DNA of 64,000 bases. Source: Hypanus sabinus (lineage: Eukaryota). This document shows, piece by piece, positions 1-12,187 of this stretch (positions are counted from its first letter, which is position 1; each line of letters starts with the position of its first letter). Position numbers and translations under genes: made by a program. The DNA lies in NCBI RefSeq assembly GCF_030144855.1, contig NC_082713.1, positions 35,588,001-35,652,000 on the forward strand, given 5' to 3'. A model generated the notes under the pieces. That model saw only the letters and a list, made by a program, of their open reading frames with translations. It ran no database searches and had not been told where the DNA came from.

Positions 1-290
1 GGGTGCAGTGCACAAAATTCCCAAGGGTGAGATCAGATGCAGGAAAGAAATTTAAGCAGAGGCATCCAATAGACTTCCACCAGCACTTGGATACCATGAT
101 TGATCAGAAACTGCACAATAAACCTGCTTGAAAACCTGCAGAAGGCAATGGATTTTACAATGTACACAACTAACAAGCTGACATTCATAAAGTCACATGT
201 GAATAGCACTGCTGGGCACAGCCTGCAGCTCCTGAAATGCGTCAGAGAATTAAGCTCCCACTGACGCTGATTTGGCAAGCTTAAACACCT

Positions 291-560
291 ATGGATTCAC
301 TTTCAAGGACTCCTTATTTCATGTTCTCAATACTTATTGCTTACTTATTTATTATTATTATTCCTTCCTTTTGTATTTGCACTGTTTGTTGTCCTTTGCA
401 CATTGGTTGAATGCTCAGTTGGTGTGTTTTTCATTGATTCTATTATGATTGTTATTCTATTACAGATTTATTGACTATGCCTGCAAAAAAAACAAATCTC
501 AAAGTTGTATATGGTGACATTTATGTACATTGATAACAGGTTTAATTTGAACTTTGAACT
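291..560 (+). mobile_element. Rex1/Babar-type LINE 3' UTR with (TTTGAAC)n tail
   Basis: T-rich UTR ending ...gttgtatatggtgacatttatgtacattgataacaggtttaatttgaactttgaact; the same tail recurs at ~14080 and ~57555. Confidence 0.55.
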
Positions 561-571
561 ATGCATCTGTA

Positions 572-846
572 AACAGAGGGTACTGGTTTAAAATTAAGTG
601 ATGAAATGTTTAGAGAGATACAGGAAGAATTTATTTCTTCAACCAGAGTCAAGATGAAATTTGAATCACTCTGCTGGAGAGGATGGTAGAGGCAGAGACT
701 CTTATAATACTTAAATATCTAATCAAGTTCATGAAATGCCAAGTCATGCAAGGCCACAGACCAAGTGCTGATAAGTGAGGTTAGGACATGGGTATTGATT
801 GTTTGGTATGGCCAAAGGAACTTTTTTTCTGAGCTGTATGACTCTA
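572..846 (+). mobile_element. Degraded CR1 LINE 3' end
   Basis: Follows the RGH-x-LKI...RRNFF-QRV region and 3' UTR pattern of the other CR1 copies; ends gtatgactct. Confidence 0.55.
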
Positions 847-2054
847 GTAATCAAACCCTACATGATAATTGCTGAACGTTTATGTTCCCATTTTGGCCTT
901 GCAATTCTTTAACTTAGAAACTATTTTATTTTCAATTTACTAACTAAAATGAGTTTTTCTTTTTCTATTTGTGACAAACAATTGGAAGTTACACCTGGGG
1001 CACTTTTAATAATTTAGTAATTCACATGAATGGCTGACCCAGACTAACTTGGAAGATCCCCATTTTGATTCATCAACATATGTTAAATTCTCCAAACTCA
1101 GGCAGGGAGGAAGAGAAGCCTTCTAATTGGTCCATCCTCTAATAATACAATGGAAAGACTCTTGGTGTAGTATTTCATAATTACTTGCACAGGAACCTGT
1201 TGAAGGATTGGGGCCAAATAAGGATCAATGGGACAAAGTTAGGTGGCATCTTGGTTGACAAGGATGAGTTGGATGGCTCTAATTCTGTTGAAAATATGTA
1301 TATTGAGACATCAAATCAGGAAAGAATCAGACTTACTATGAAAATCCAATAAACACTCATTGTAATGGTTTTTCTGAAAAAATATTGAAGGCAAAATATG
1401 CCCTTGGAATCATAACTCAGCCAAACGCCAGAATTCCCCTGAGGAACAGCGGGTAAACACATTGGTAAAACAGAAAGAAATTTTAGAAAACAGTGTTTTG
1501 AGGGAAAGGCAATAAAGTTAAACTTTGCCCTTGTATTTAAGATAATTCCAGAACGTCCACTGGCAAGACAGAAATATATTATTCAGTAGGCAATAGACCT
1601 ATAAAAGAAAGGACTCCTGGTTTGAATCACTGATCTCTTTTTAGCTTACATGATTATTATAGATGAAAATAGCCCTCGATCCATTTTTGTTTATCTACTT
1701 ATCCAGTTTAGTATCTGATTGTTTCTAAATTGATTGTAGGCTCTTGCCTCATGCTGTCAAGATATTTGCACCACATATTAATCACGACTTGCAGCAAAAT
1801 TTACTCAGTTAAGTATTATTATGATGATCTACAATTTTCCATCTGTGTAACGAATACCAATTCAATAATTCAATCTAATATGATTAGCAAATGTTTTAAT
1901 GCCCTCAGACAGATTAAAGAAAATTATCCTGAGTTTTAACTTCAATCTGGCCTCGTATCAATAAAGCTGACCATATTCCTGGAAAATTACTGCCAGTCCT
2001 ACCAACTCAATGTAATTTACAACTTACAGGATTTTAAAAATGTCTTCATTCTTT

Positions 2055-2265
2055 TAACTATCATTTCCACTACCTCCCTCAGCCACTGTCCCAGTTTCAC
2101 CTATCATTTTTTATTTCTTCCTCCTCTCCCCCCCCCCCTCCTTACTTTGACTCCTCATCTTTTTTTCTCCAGTCCTGGTGAAGTGTCCTAGCTGGAAACG
2201 TCAACTGTACTCTTTTCCATAGATGCTGCCAGACCTGCTGAGTTCCTCCTGCATTTTGTGTGTGG
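2055..2265 (+). mobile_element. Penelope-like element terminal repeat with degenerate hammerhead motif
   Basis: Pyrimidine tract then agtc-ctggtga-agtgtcctagctg-gaaacgtc-aact...agatgctgccagacctgctgagttcctcc; homologous to 39090-39297. Confidence 0.7.
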
Positions 2266-5200
2266 TGACCATATTTTCCTGTTCATGTAATATTTGTGGT
2301 GCAAAAATAAACAGTTCCTTCACTGGGAGTTAATATCTTTATTAAATGTGATGGGACCTTTTTCTTGGAGTTTGGATTTTTGAGCAATTATTTATTGGAC
2401 AGAAGACTGACTAGTTCATTTTCCAGACAAGGTATTTTAAAGAACAATCATTATTATTGCTCTCACTTCAGACAACATGGTGCAAATAATATTTTCTATA
2501 TTCTTGATAAATTACAAACCAAAATATCTGAGGTGTTATTAAATGACTCCAAACTGTCCTAGGCCATGCTTTTATATAGAAACAGGCAACGTATGCATCT
2601 GCTTTAATACCACTTGCTGGACTGATCATCATGGTTCAATTCCTGTGCATGAGAGAATTCAGCAGAATCTGCTTCAGTGAGCACTTCTTCAGTCAACCAA
2701 CATTACTAAGACTAACTTTAACTTGTCTAAATGCTGACAACATTAATGCTGCAATTTATCTTTGAAAATTACACACATGTTTATCTTCTGCTGCTCTGCC
2801 TCTGATTATAAGCAAAAGCAGTTCTTAATCTCATTGGTGATAAGCATTATTAGAAGTACATTGCAAATAGAAGATGGCATTAATGTATCACATGCACATT
2901 TATCATTGACAAAAACCATGTTATAGTGAGAATTAAATCCTCCCATTGGCGAATACCAATTGCAAAATCTGGACCTAATTACTAACTGTCCAACACTGAG
3001 TAATTGCATCTAGTAAAACTTCAAATAGACTTCACCTCCTTGGAAAGTACAGCCATACAGTATGAGTGAAGAAGCATTAGTCATCCTCTTTAGGAGGATG
3101 TCTAAACAGCTATTTAGTTCTCAAGCACACTACAAAATAAAAAGCCCATGGCCAAAATGATGCAAATGAATTTTGTAATCACCTGCAGAAAGAAATACAT
3201 ACTCCATTGGTCCATGTCAAGACTAGTGTTAATGTATTGCCAAATAAAATAGCAGCTGAAAATGGCAAATGTCTAACAGGTATAGCACGTTCATGTATTG
3301 GTAAATTAGCACTTTCTCAAGATTTTATCTTGCGCATTGTTTTCAATGTACGTAATATCGATGCTACTTAGAAATCTCAACTTGCCTTCCTGGAAATGTT
3401 TAGTTTTAACAGGCTGTGATTCTTCTGAAACATTTGATGCAGAAATTGCTTATCATTGCTTATATTAGGATTAAGGATTATGTTACTAAAGCAATAGGGA
3501 TTTAAATGTTGAGATTAGCTCCAAAAATCTCAAATGGAATTCGTAGACTCATTTGCCCTTGCTAATGGCAACAATCAGCCTTTTACTTTTTAAGCAAGAT
3601 CCTTGCACTAAGGAGCCAATGCATCTATCTTTTTTTTTCAGAAAACAAACCCCTCTTCTGCAAAGTGAACCCAATTTAGTTCAAAATTTAATTCAAATTG
3701 ATTGTTATAAACTCTTTAACAGATTTTACTTGCAGATCTATTGTGCCCTTGGGTCTCACATAATTAATTTTTACATCAATCTTTTTGGGTTGTCCTTCTG
3801 CATGATCTCCATAACTGGTCTCAGCTTCTCCTGATTGTTCCAGCAATTTTCAGGGTATTTGTTATCATGTGGAATCAAATCAATTCATGCTTCATTCAAG
3901 TACCCACTTTGGGAGGATGGTTTGATGATACTGTACATAGAGGAGCCAGGCCTCAATTTAACTGATTTTATCAGTATTAAAATGGCTGTTTTAGTTGATG
4001 GCACACTCTGCCAGCAGCTTCTCAAAGTTAAAATCAGTCTAAAAGAGTAAAATTTATAACTTCTGTGGGGTGTATAAGGGGGCAAAATCAATTATACAAC
4101 CACCCCAACTTCAGTTGAAAGATTTTCATTTTTTAAGGCAATTTCTAGCTTCAGGATATATAAAGTGCACAGTTTGCTTGATGCATGAATATATCCAACT
4201 AAAAGCCTGATGCCAGCAATGTGATAGCTTTAGAGGTACAATAATAATTTCCAACACTGCAGGGAATTAATAACATGGAATAAACTGATATGTAGAAAAG
4301 ATCCCATGATAACCCCCAACACTGAGAGGATTTGAGATTGTCATGAGCTTTGAGCAAGCCTCAGGCTTATAACTGCCATCTGTAAGATGAGATTGTAGCT
4401 TTGAAAATGCTCAAATATTGAATATTCCTTATGATACATTCAGAGAACTTGCCACAGTGGCTACCCAACTCTTGAATGCATTTTGCTTTTAGAAAATGCC
4501 TGCAGTTGATGAAATAGTAATGTCTGCATTGGCTAGGTTAATATTTGTATATTAGCCAAAGTTGGTACATCCAATATAAGGAAAGTTAATTACAGATAGT
4601 TAACATTTGATATGAACATTCCAATAAGAATAGATTATAAAGATAAACAAGTACTTTTAAAGATTAACTTCACTTTATACCTTTTATCACCCATTATCAT
4701 CTCCCATGTCACAGATTACAACTATTTCTTGAGCTTTCACTCATTTATAATGTTCATTTTGATGGTGTGTATGGCAATTCATTACTCATTACCCTGTGAC
4801 TTATATCTTACTTTTTATTCTTCTATCTTCCCAGTACTTAAAACTTCAATCTTTTGGTATTCAAGGTATTGACAATTTTAGTCATCATTTCTTCAAATCC
4901 ATTTATAATTTTAAAAAATTGTCAGGACTTTATTTCAAAAAGATAGTGAACTCAGTTTCTTTAACTTTTCTGACTGATTTAGATTTTATTATAACACACC
5001 TGTGATATGCCACAAGTATTATTTATAATTCTAATCAAACTTACAAGTTGTGTATATTTCAGAAGTTTCTATGTGCTCATGGTCGGCAGTCCATACTTCT
5101 CCACAACTTTTGATTCACCAGATAATTGCTGTCTATATTGACAAAACCCTATCACTTATCACCTACCAGGAATAGAAATGTTGCTTTTTTTTCAAAATAT

Positions 5201-6528
5201 CCAAGTGTTCAGCTGTCAGGTGATATCATGCTGAAATTTCAGAACCCAATTAGTGCTTTTCACATTGATTGCTGTTTGTCAGTACTTATTTAAAATACAC
5301 AAATAAACCTGTCTAAGTCTTTGTGCAGTCAGATATACCATCAGATGAATGAAGCAAGCTGACAACAGGGCCAGTAGCTACTGAGGGATTTGTCAGAGTC
5401 ACTTTGGGACTGTCACTTCGTCATGTCATTGGAAACAAAATAAGGACACCGTGAGCTCATCATGTTTACACACTAACTTACAAACCCCATTGATTCAGAC
5501 AAGCTGAATCTGAAGCTTTCTACTCTCAATTTTTAAGTTTACAAAGGTCAATTCTGAACTTCAAAAATAAGATTCTGAAAGCCATTTGTGAATGTCACTT
5601 GATTGCAAACAAGCACTAATTAAGTTATAATATCATTCCAAAGTCAGTTATTTAAATTGTTTCCCTGGTGGAGATACTTTTTCAACCAATTAGGAGGCCG
5701 TTCATTAGTAATGAGTTGAAACAAATCATTCTGATTAAATTATCCCTCAGTTTTCAACAAAATATATAGAAAATATATTGAACACAGTGAATTATAGAAG
5801 TCTATATTTAGTATTTTCATAATGTTTCACAAAACTTCATGTGCATATCTCCTTGTTCACTTGCTGAAGCCTGAATGATTCTTCATCCTTTTGTCATCTG
5901 AAGAATAAAATTCTCCACTGCCCAATAAATAAATCACAGTGCAAAGACAGGTAAACAAATTGGTTCATGGTTTGATCACTGCATCAATTTATCAGAGTTC
6001 ACTCTGAACTAAACAGATGGGGTGCAATTAACTTCAGCATCCTTGGGAAAGATCAAGCACCCAGGCTCCCATTCTTATGTGTAACCAGGTGACTGTTGAA
6101 TATCATTTTTTTTATTATTAAAGTGCACTGATGTGTTCACCTTGGTAATGCTAAAATAGCTGCCTGTGCCTCTAAGAGTAAACAGTGATATTGTTTTGCA
6201 TGGGTGGAGTAGAACAAAGAGTTGCCATGTTTTAGAAAGGATGACGTTTTAATGCTTCTCCCAGGTTTGGTGAGGAAAGATGAATAATATTTGATAATAT
6301 CCATGCAAATTCATTCATATTTGTTTGTAAATCTAGAATATCAATAATTTGATGTGTTTTACATGTGGATGCTTTAGATTTTTGCACGAAAGTTGATCAG
6401 CACTGGATAGCCTGATTGTGAGGTTCCTTAATTGGCCTACTAGGTTAGTCTTTTAGTAATTCAACTGCAAGGCAATATACTGTAAAAGTTTATTTGTCTT
6501 TCTTTATTGTTTCATGACCGAATGTGAA

Positions 6529-6986
6529 TGTAACAGAGTAATGTGTGTGTGTTAATCTCTGTTCACGTAGCGTGAGCGAGAAGAACTCATTTCAAGTTCT
6601 CGCCTATATGTGTTTGGAAGTTTAGCAAGTGTGTGCCAAATGTGAGTATATCTCTTAGTTAAGATGAGATGTATTTACTCATATTTTCAATGTTGCGTAT
6701 GAGGTACATAGATGGTTGAATTCTAATGTTGTTTGTATCGTTTCTGTTTAGAATTGCCACTACCATACTGGTTTTGTATATTTTGTTTTAGTTATTTTCA
6801 TACTGTATATGTAACAAGGGTGTGGACTGAAGTTAAACTGAGATTGTAATAGCAGAAGCTTTTTTTTATTTTGTCATTTTTATTTTGATATCCTCTTTCT
6901 GCAATAAAACATCTAAAACAGATAAAGGAATTTAAGACCCAAAGAAGTATTTGTTGTCTTGCGTGTGTATTTTTCCCCAGGCTACA
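6529..6986 (+). mobile_element. Possible solo LTR
   Basis: TGTAAC...GCTACA termini and AATAAA at ~6903; no convincing TSD. Confidence 0.3.
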
Positions 6987-7061
6987 AAATATGTTTTATT
7001 CTCCATATTTAAAGAAAGACGTAGCAGCATCAGAAGCAGTCTAAAGGCTAATTCCTGAGGA

Positions 7062-7328
7062 TAGACCATAAAATATTGGAACAGATTAGAGCCATTTGGC
7101 CCATCGAATCTTCACCACTATTTCTTCATGGCTGATCCATTTCCCTCTCAGTCCCAGTCTCCTACCTTCTCCCTGTATCCCTTTGTGTCCTGACTAATCA
7201 AAAATCTATCAAACTCTGCCTTAAATATATACAATTACGTGCCTCTATGGCTGCCTGTGTCAATGAATTCCACAGATTCACCAGTCTCTGGCTAAAGAAC
7301 CTCTTCTTCATTTTCCATACTAAATTGG
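7062..7328 (-). mobile_element. CR1 element E, 3' part (oldest host of the nest)
   Basis: Minus ORF ...KRFFSQRLVNLWNSLTQAAIEA; continues at 17872 when compared with the paralogous copy at 13023-13340. Confidence 0.85.
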
Positions 7329-7834
7329 TGGGGCTTGGTTGTAGGAGGGGCGGGACTGACAACTTAACATTCTGGGGTTCCATTGTTTTAGGTGCAGTGC
7401 TGAAGGGATTAAATGAGGAGGGGTGGTGTTACTGGTCAGGGAATATGTCATGGCAGTGCTCAGTCAGAATAGGTTGGATAGCTCATCTCGTGAGGTGTTA
7501 AGGGTGGAGCTGAGGAAGAAGGATGGTATGACAACATTATTGGGGCTCTATTATAGACCACCCAACAGTCCAAGGGATTAAGCAGAACAAATTTACAGAG
7601 AACTTGCAGACTGCTGCAAGAAACATAACATTGTTATAGTAAACACAAGGAAATCTGCAGATGCTGGAAATTCAAGCAACGCACACAAAATGCGAGTGGA
7701 ATGCAGAAGGCCAGGCAGCTTCTATAGGGAGAAGCACAGTCGACATTTCGGGCCGACACCCTTTGCCGAGTTTGTTATAGTAGGTGATTTTCACTTCCCA
7801 CATATTGACTGAGATTTCAATACTGTAAAAGGTC
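7329..7834 (+). mobile_element. CR1 element A, segment 1 (5'-truncated, APE endonuclease region)
   Basis: Decayed GGVxLLVRE, YYRPPNS and VIVGDFxFPHIDW motifs. Confidence 0.8.
7642..7771 (-). mobile_element. Short Penelope-derived insertion with 11-bp TSD
   Basis: Flanked by ttgttatagta at 7631-7641 and 7772-7782; interrupts the IVIVGDF codons of element A; ends in a hammerhead-like motif. Confidence 0.8.
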
Positions 7835-7946
7835 ATTTGAATTGGGAGCAAGTTACAGCTTGTGATTCAGCTGGGAGCTCAGAGAATTCGACCGTTGTAG
7901 GTAGGATTTAAGCCTACCTGCTCAATACCTGTGGAGGAGGGGGAAC

Positions 7947-7990
7947 TGCGCAGGCGCGAGTGATGTCAGCGTCGAGCGTGCATTTTAAAA
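7947..7990 (+). promoter_or_regulatory. Putative internal Pol II promoter of CR1 element B
   Basis: TGCGCAGGCGCG (NRF1-like), TGATGTCA (CRE-like) and TTTTAAAA clustered in the CpG-rich 5' UTR; motif resemblance only. Confidence 0.4.
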
Positions 7991-8179
7991 GGCAGGACTT
8001 CTTTTCAGAGCGGGCAGCGTCGAGCGGGCAGCGGAGTCCGTGGAAGCAGAGTCCTGGGCTTTGGCTAAGTGGGCTTCGGCGTAAGGGGACTTCGGTAAGC
8101 CTGTGTGATTGCTCGCTGAGGGGAAGAAGGTAAGGTCGCTAGGTGCTTTTTAGACTTATTCTATTAATCCAGTTCAGGT

Positions 8180-9180
8180 ATGGGGGAGACGGTCAGAGCA
8201 GTGGTGTGCTCCGTATGCAGTATGTGGGAAGTCAGGGTCAACACAGTTGTCCCTGATGACCACACCTGCAAAAGGTGCGTCCAGCTGCAGCTCCTATCAG
8301 CCCGAGTTAGGGAGTTGGAGCGGGAGCTGGATGAACTATGGATCATTCGGGAGGCAGAGGCAGAGATAGATAGGAGTTATCAGGAGGTAGTCACACCAAA
8401 AAACCAAGAAGTAGGCAGATGGGTGACGGTCCACAGAGGCAGGGGGAGCAGGCAGAGAGAGCAGAGCACCCCTGCGGCCATTCCCATTAACAATAAGTAT
8501 ACCGTACTGGATACTGTTGATGGGGATGACCTACCAGGAATGAGTTGTAGTGGTCCTGCCTCTGGCACAGAAGTTGAACCCTCAACTAGAAAGGGAAGAG
8601 AAGAGAGCGATAGTTTTAGGGGATTATATAGTCAGGGGGCAGATAGGAGATTTTGTGGGGCAGATCGGGAGTCTCGGATGGTATGTTGCCTCCCTGGTGC
8701 CAGGGTCCGGGACATCTCAGATCGAGTGCAGGCTATTCTTGAGAGTGAGGGCATGATCCCAGATGTAGTGGTCCATGTAGGGACCAACGATGTAGGTAAG
8801 GTGAGTGAGGGGGTCCTGCTTAGAGAGTTCAGGGAGTTAGGAGTGAAGCTGAAAGGTTGACACCCTCCAGGGTGACAATCTCGGGATTGCTACCTGTGCC
8901 ACGTGCGAGTGAGGCAAAGAATAGAATGATTATGCACATTAATACGAGGCTGAGAGCATGGTGCAGGAAGGAAGAGTTCAGGTTTTTGGATAATTGGTCT
9001 TTGTTCCAGGGACATTGGGATCTGTTTCGAAGGGACGGTCTACATCTGACCCAGAGGGGTACTAACATTCTTGCAGGAATGTTTGCCAGTACTGCTCGGG
9101 GGGGTTTAAACTCGATGTGCAGGGGGCAGGGATCCAGATCCAGAGGGTTGGTCAGAAGGAGCATGGGGTTAAATGTGTAG
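8180..9180 (+). pseudogene. CR1 ORF1p (CxxC..CxxC zinc finger, leucine zipper, SGNH esterase), frameshifted
   Basis: CSVCSMWE..CKRC, LSARVRELERELDEL, IVLGDYIVR (alternate frame), CCLPGARV, VHVGTND, DGLHL; spread over ORFs 8180-8860, 8550-8756 and 8857-9180. Confidence 0.9.
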
Positions 9181-9976
9181 AAGGTTTGGGTGATCCTGAG
9201 AAGGTCATCAAAATTCAAGGTGCAATTAGCCCGATGGAAGTTCAAGGAGCTGGGTTAGGTACAGTAGACAGTGTTTTAAGCAAGGAGAGGAGGAATGGGC
9301 TAAGAATTCTATTCTTGAATGCGCGTAGTGTCAGAAATAAGACAGATGAGCTTGAAGCTCAGATGAAAATGGGGAACTACAATATTGCTGGGATAACGGA
9401 GACATGGCTGCAAGGGGATCAGGCCTGGGAATTGAGTGTACCAGGGTATACGTGCTATCTTAGAGACAGAAATATGGGAAGAGGGGGTGGGGTGGCCCTG
9501 TTGGTGAGGAATGAGATTCAGTCCTTAGCAAGAGGTGACTTGGGAACAGGGGAAGTAGAGTCTGTGTGGATTGAGCTGAGGAACAGTAAGGGTAAAAAGA
9601 CCCTAATGGGTGTTGTGTACAGGCCCCCAAACAGTAGCGTGGATATTGTGTTGATTAGGGAGTTAACATTGGCATGTGCTAAAGGTAATGCAGTCGTTAT
9701 GGGAGATTTCAACATGCAGGTGAATTGGGAGAATCAGGTAGGTGCTGACCCCAGGATAGGGAGTTTGTGGAGTGTCTAAGGGATGTATTTTTGGAACAGC
9801 TTGTGCTTGAGCCAACCAGGAACGAGGCTATTTTGGACTTGGTGATGTGTAATGAACAGGAATTGATAAGTGATCTTGAAGTAAAGGAGCCATTAAGAAG
9901 AAGTGATCATAACATGATAAGTTTTTATCTACAATTTGAGAGGGATAAGGGCAGATCAGAGGTGTCAGTGTTGTAA
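9117..9976 (+). pseudogene. CR1 ORF2 APE endonuclease domain, disrupted
   Basis: LNARSVRNK, GITETWL, VYRPPN, MGDFN, ILDLV, SDHN; frameshift near 9750 and in-frame TAA at 9974-9976. Confidence 0.9.
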
Positions 9977-10000
9977 TTAAATAAAGGAGACTACGGAGCC

Positions 10001-12100
10001 ATGAGGGAAGAGCTGGCCAAAGTTAAATGGGCGGATGCCCTGGCAGGAAAGACAGTGGATCAGCAGTGGCAGATATTCTTGGGGATAATACAAAAGGTGC
10101 AAAAGCAGTTCATTCCAATGAGAAGGAAGGATTCAAAGAGGGGGAATGGGCCACAGTGGTTGACAAAGGAACTCAGGGATTGTATAGCATTAAAGAAAAA
10201 GAATTATGACAGGGCTAAGATGAGTGCGAATACAGATGATTGGGAAAGTTTTAAGGAACAGCAGATCTTAATCAGAAAAGCAATACGGAGAGAAAAAAAC
10301 AGGTATGAGCTCAGTCTAGCCAGGAATATAAAAGGGGATAGCAAAAGCTTTTTTAGCTATGTGAAGAGAAAGAAGATAGTTAAGAACAATGTTGGCCCCT
10401 TGAAGAATGAATTGGGAGAAATTGTTACGGGAAACAGGGAAATGGCAACAGAATTTAATGCGTACTTTAGATCTGTCTTCACCAGGGAGGACACAAGCAA
10501 TCTCCCAGATGTATGGATGGGCCAGGGTCATAAGATATCAGAGGAATTGAGACAGATTGACATTAGGAAAGAAACTGTGATGAGTAGACTGGTAGGACTG
10601 AAGGCTAATAAATCCCCGGGTCCAGATGGTCTGCATCCGAGGGTTCTAAAAGAGGTGGCTCAGGAAATTGCGGATGCATTGGTAATCATTTTCCAATGTT
10701 CCTTAGATTCAGGATCAGTTCCTGAAGATTGGAGAGTGGCTAATGTTATCCCACTTTTCAAGAAGGGAGGGAAGGAGAAAACGGAGAACTATCGCCCTGT
10801 TAGCCTAACGTCAGTCGTGGGGAAGATGCTTGAGTCCATTATTAAGGACGAAATAGTGGCACATCTTGATGGCAGTAATAGGATTATGCCGAGCCAGCAT
10901 GGATTTACCAAGGGTAAATCATGTTTGACTAATCTGTTGGAATTTTTTGAGGGTGTAACAAGGATGTTAGACGAGGGTAAGCCAGTGGATGTTGTGTACC
11001 TAGATTTTCAGAAGGCATTCGATAAGGTGCCACATAGGAGATTGGTGAGTAAAATCAGAGCTCATGGCATTGGGGGCAGGGTTTCAACATGGATAGAAAA
11101 CTGGTTGGCAGATAGAAAGCAAAGGGTAGCAGTGGATGGGTGTTTCTCGGACTGTCTGGAGGTGACTAGTGGGGTACCACAGGGTTCTGCATTGGGACCA
11201 CAGCTCTTTACGATTTATGTCAATGATTTAGATGAGGGCATTGAAAACTATATCAGCAAGTTTGCTGACGATACTAAACTGGGTGGCAGTGTGACATGCA
11301 AAGAGGATGTTAGGAGAATACAGGGAGACTTGGATAGGCTGGGTGAGTGGGCAGATACTTGGCAGATGTCATTCAATGTGAATAAATGTGAAGTTATCTA
11401 CTTTGGAAGCAGGAACAAGAGGGCAGAGTATTGTCTGAACGGTGTCGAGTTAGGTAAGGGAGAAATGCAAAGAGACCTAGGAGTCCTAGTTCATCAGTCA
11501 ATGAAGGTGAATGAGCAAGTGCAACAGGCAGTGAAGAGGGCAAATGGAATGTTGGCCTTTATTACAAGGGGAATTGAGTACAAGGGCAAGGATGTCCTTT
11601 TGCATTTGTACAGGGCCCTGTTGAGACCACACCTGGAATATTGTGTACAGTTTTGGTCTCCAGGTTTAAGGAAGGACATTCTGGCAATTGAGGAAGTGCA
11701 GCGTAGATTCACTAGGTTGATTCCTGGGATGGCAGGGCTGTCTTTCGCAGAGAGATTGGAGAGATTGGGCTTGTACACGCTGGAATTGAGGAGATTGAGA
11801 GGGGATCTGATTGAAATGTTTAAGATAATTAAAGGATTCGATAGGATTGAGGCAGGAAATATGTTCCAGATGTTGGGAGAGTCCAGTACCAGAGGGCATG
11901 GATTGAGAATAAGGGGTCAGTTATTTAAAACAGAGTTGAGGAAGAGCTTCTTCTCCCAGAGAGTTGTGGAGGTGTGGAATGCACTGCCTCGGAAGACGGT
12001 GGAGGCCAATTCTCTGGATGCTTTCAAGAAGGAGCTGGATAGATATCTGATGGATAGGGGAATCAAGGGATATGGGGAGAAGGCAGGGACTGGGTATTGA
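10001..12100 (+). CDS. CR1 ORF2 reverse transcriptase region (open 699 aa remnant)
   Basis: KSPGPDG, NYRPVSLTS, QHGF, YLDFQKAFDKV, GVPQGS, KFADDTK, RPHLEYCVQFWSP, TRGH. Confidence 0.95.
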   Translation: MREELAKVKWADALAGKTVDQQWQIFLGIIQKVQKQFIPMRRKDSKRGNGPQWLTKELRDCIALKKKNYDRAKMSANTDDWESFKEQQILIRKAIRREKNRYELSLARNIKGDSKSFFSYVKRKKIVKNNVGPLKNELGEIVTGNREMATEFNAYFRSVFTREDTSNLPDVWMGQGHKISEELRQIDIRKETVMSRLVGLKANKSPGPDGLHPRVLKEVAQEIADALVIIFQCSLDSGSVPEDWRVANVIPLFKKGGKEKTENYRPVSLTSVVGKMLESIIKDEIVAHLDGSNRIMPSQHGFTKGKSCLTNLLEFFEGVTRMLDEGKPVDVVYLDFQKAFDKVPHRRLVSKIRAHGIGGRVSTWIENWLADRKQRVAVDGCFSDCLEVTSGVPQGSALGPQLFTIYVNDLDEGIENYISKFADDTKLGGSVTCKEDVRRIQGDLDRLGEWADTWQMSFNVNKCEVIYFGSRNKRAEYCLNGVELGKGEMQRDLGVLVHQSMKVNEQVQQAVKRANGMLAFITRGIEYKGKDVLLHLYRALLRPHLEYCVQFWSPGLRKDILAIEEVQRRFTRLIPGMAGLSFAERLERLGLYTLELRRLRGDLIEMFKIIKGFDRIEAGNMFQMLGESSTRGHGLRIRGQLFKTELRKSFFSQRVVEVWNALPRKTVEANSLDAFKKELDRYLMDRGIKGYGEKAGTGY

Positions 12101-12187
12101 TAGTGAATGATCAGCCATGATCTCAGAATGGCGGTGCAGACTCAAGGGGCTGAATGGTCTACTTCTGCATCTATTGTCTATTGTCTA

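Larger units (their letters stand above)
7835..12187 (+). mobile_element. Full-length CR1 LINE (element B)
   Basis: CpG-rich 5' UTR, ORF1, ORF2 and 3' tail (TCTATTG)n; removing it restores aaaggtc|tagatggg in element A. Confidence 0.95.

Noticed and set aside
1968-2275. tgaccatatt direct repeat as TSD of the PLE fragment
   Set aside because: Left copy lies ~80 bp outside the recognisable element; may be chance
5930-6180. Possible ancient SINE remnant (also ~60980-61130)
   Set aside because: Resemblance too faint to support without alignment
8829-9245. 138-aa antisense ORF, and similar ones at 11494 and 17076
   Set aside because: Shadow ORFs of CR1 coding sequence
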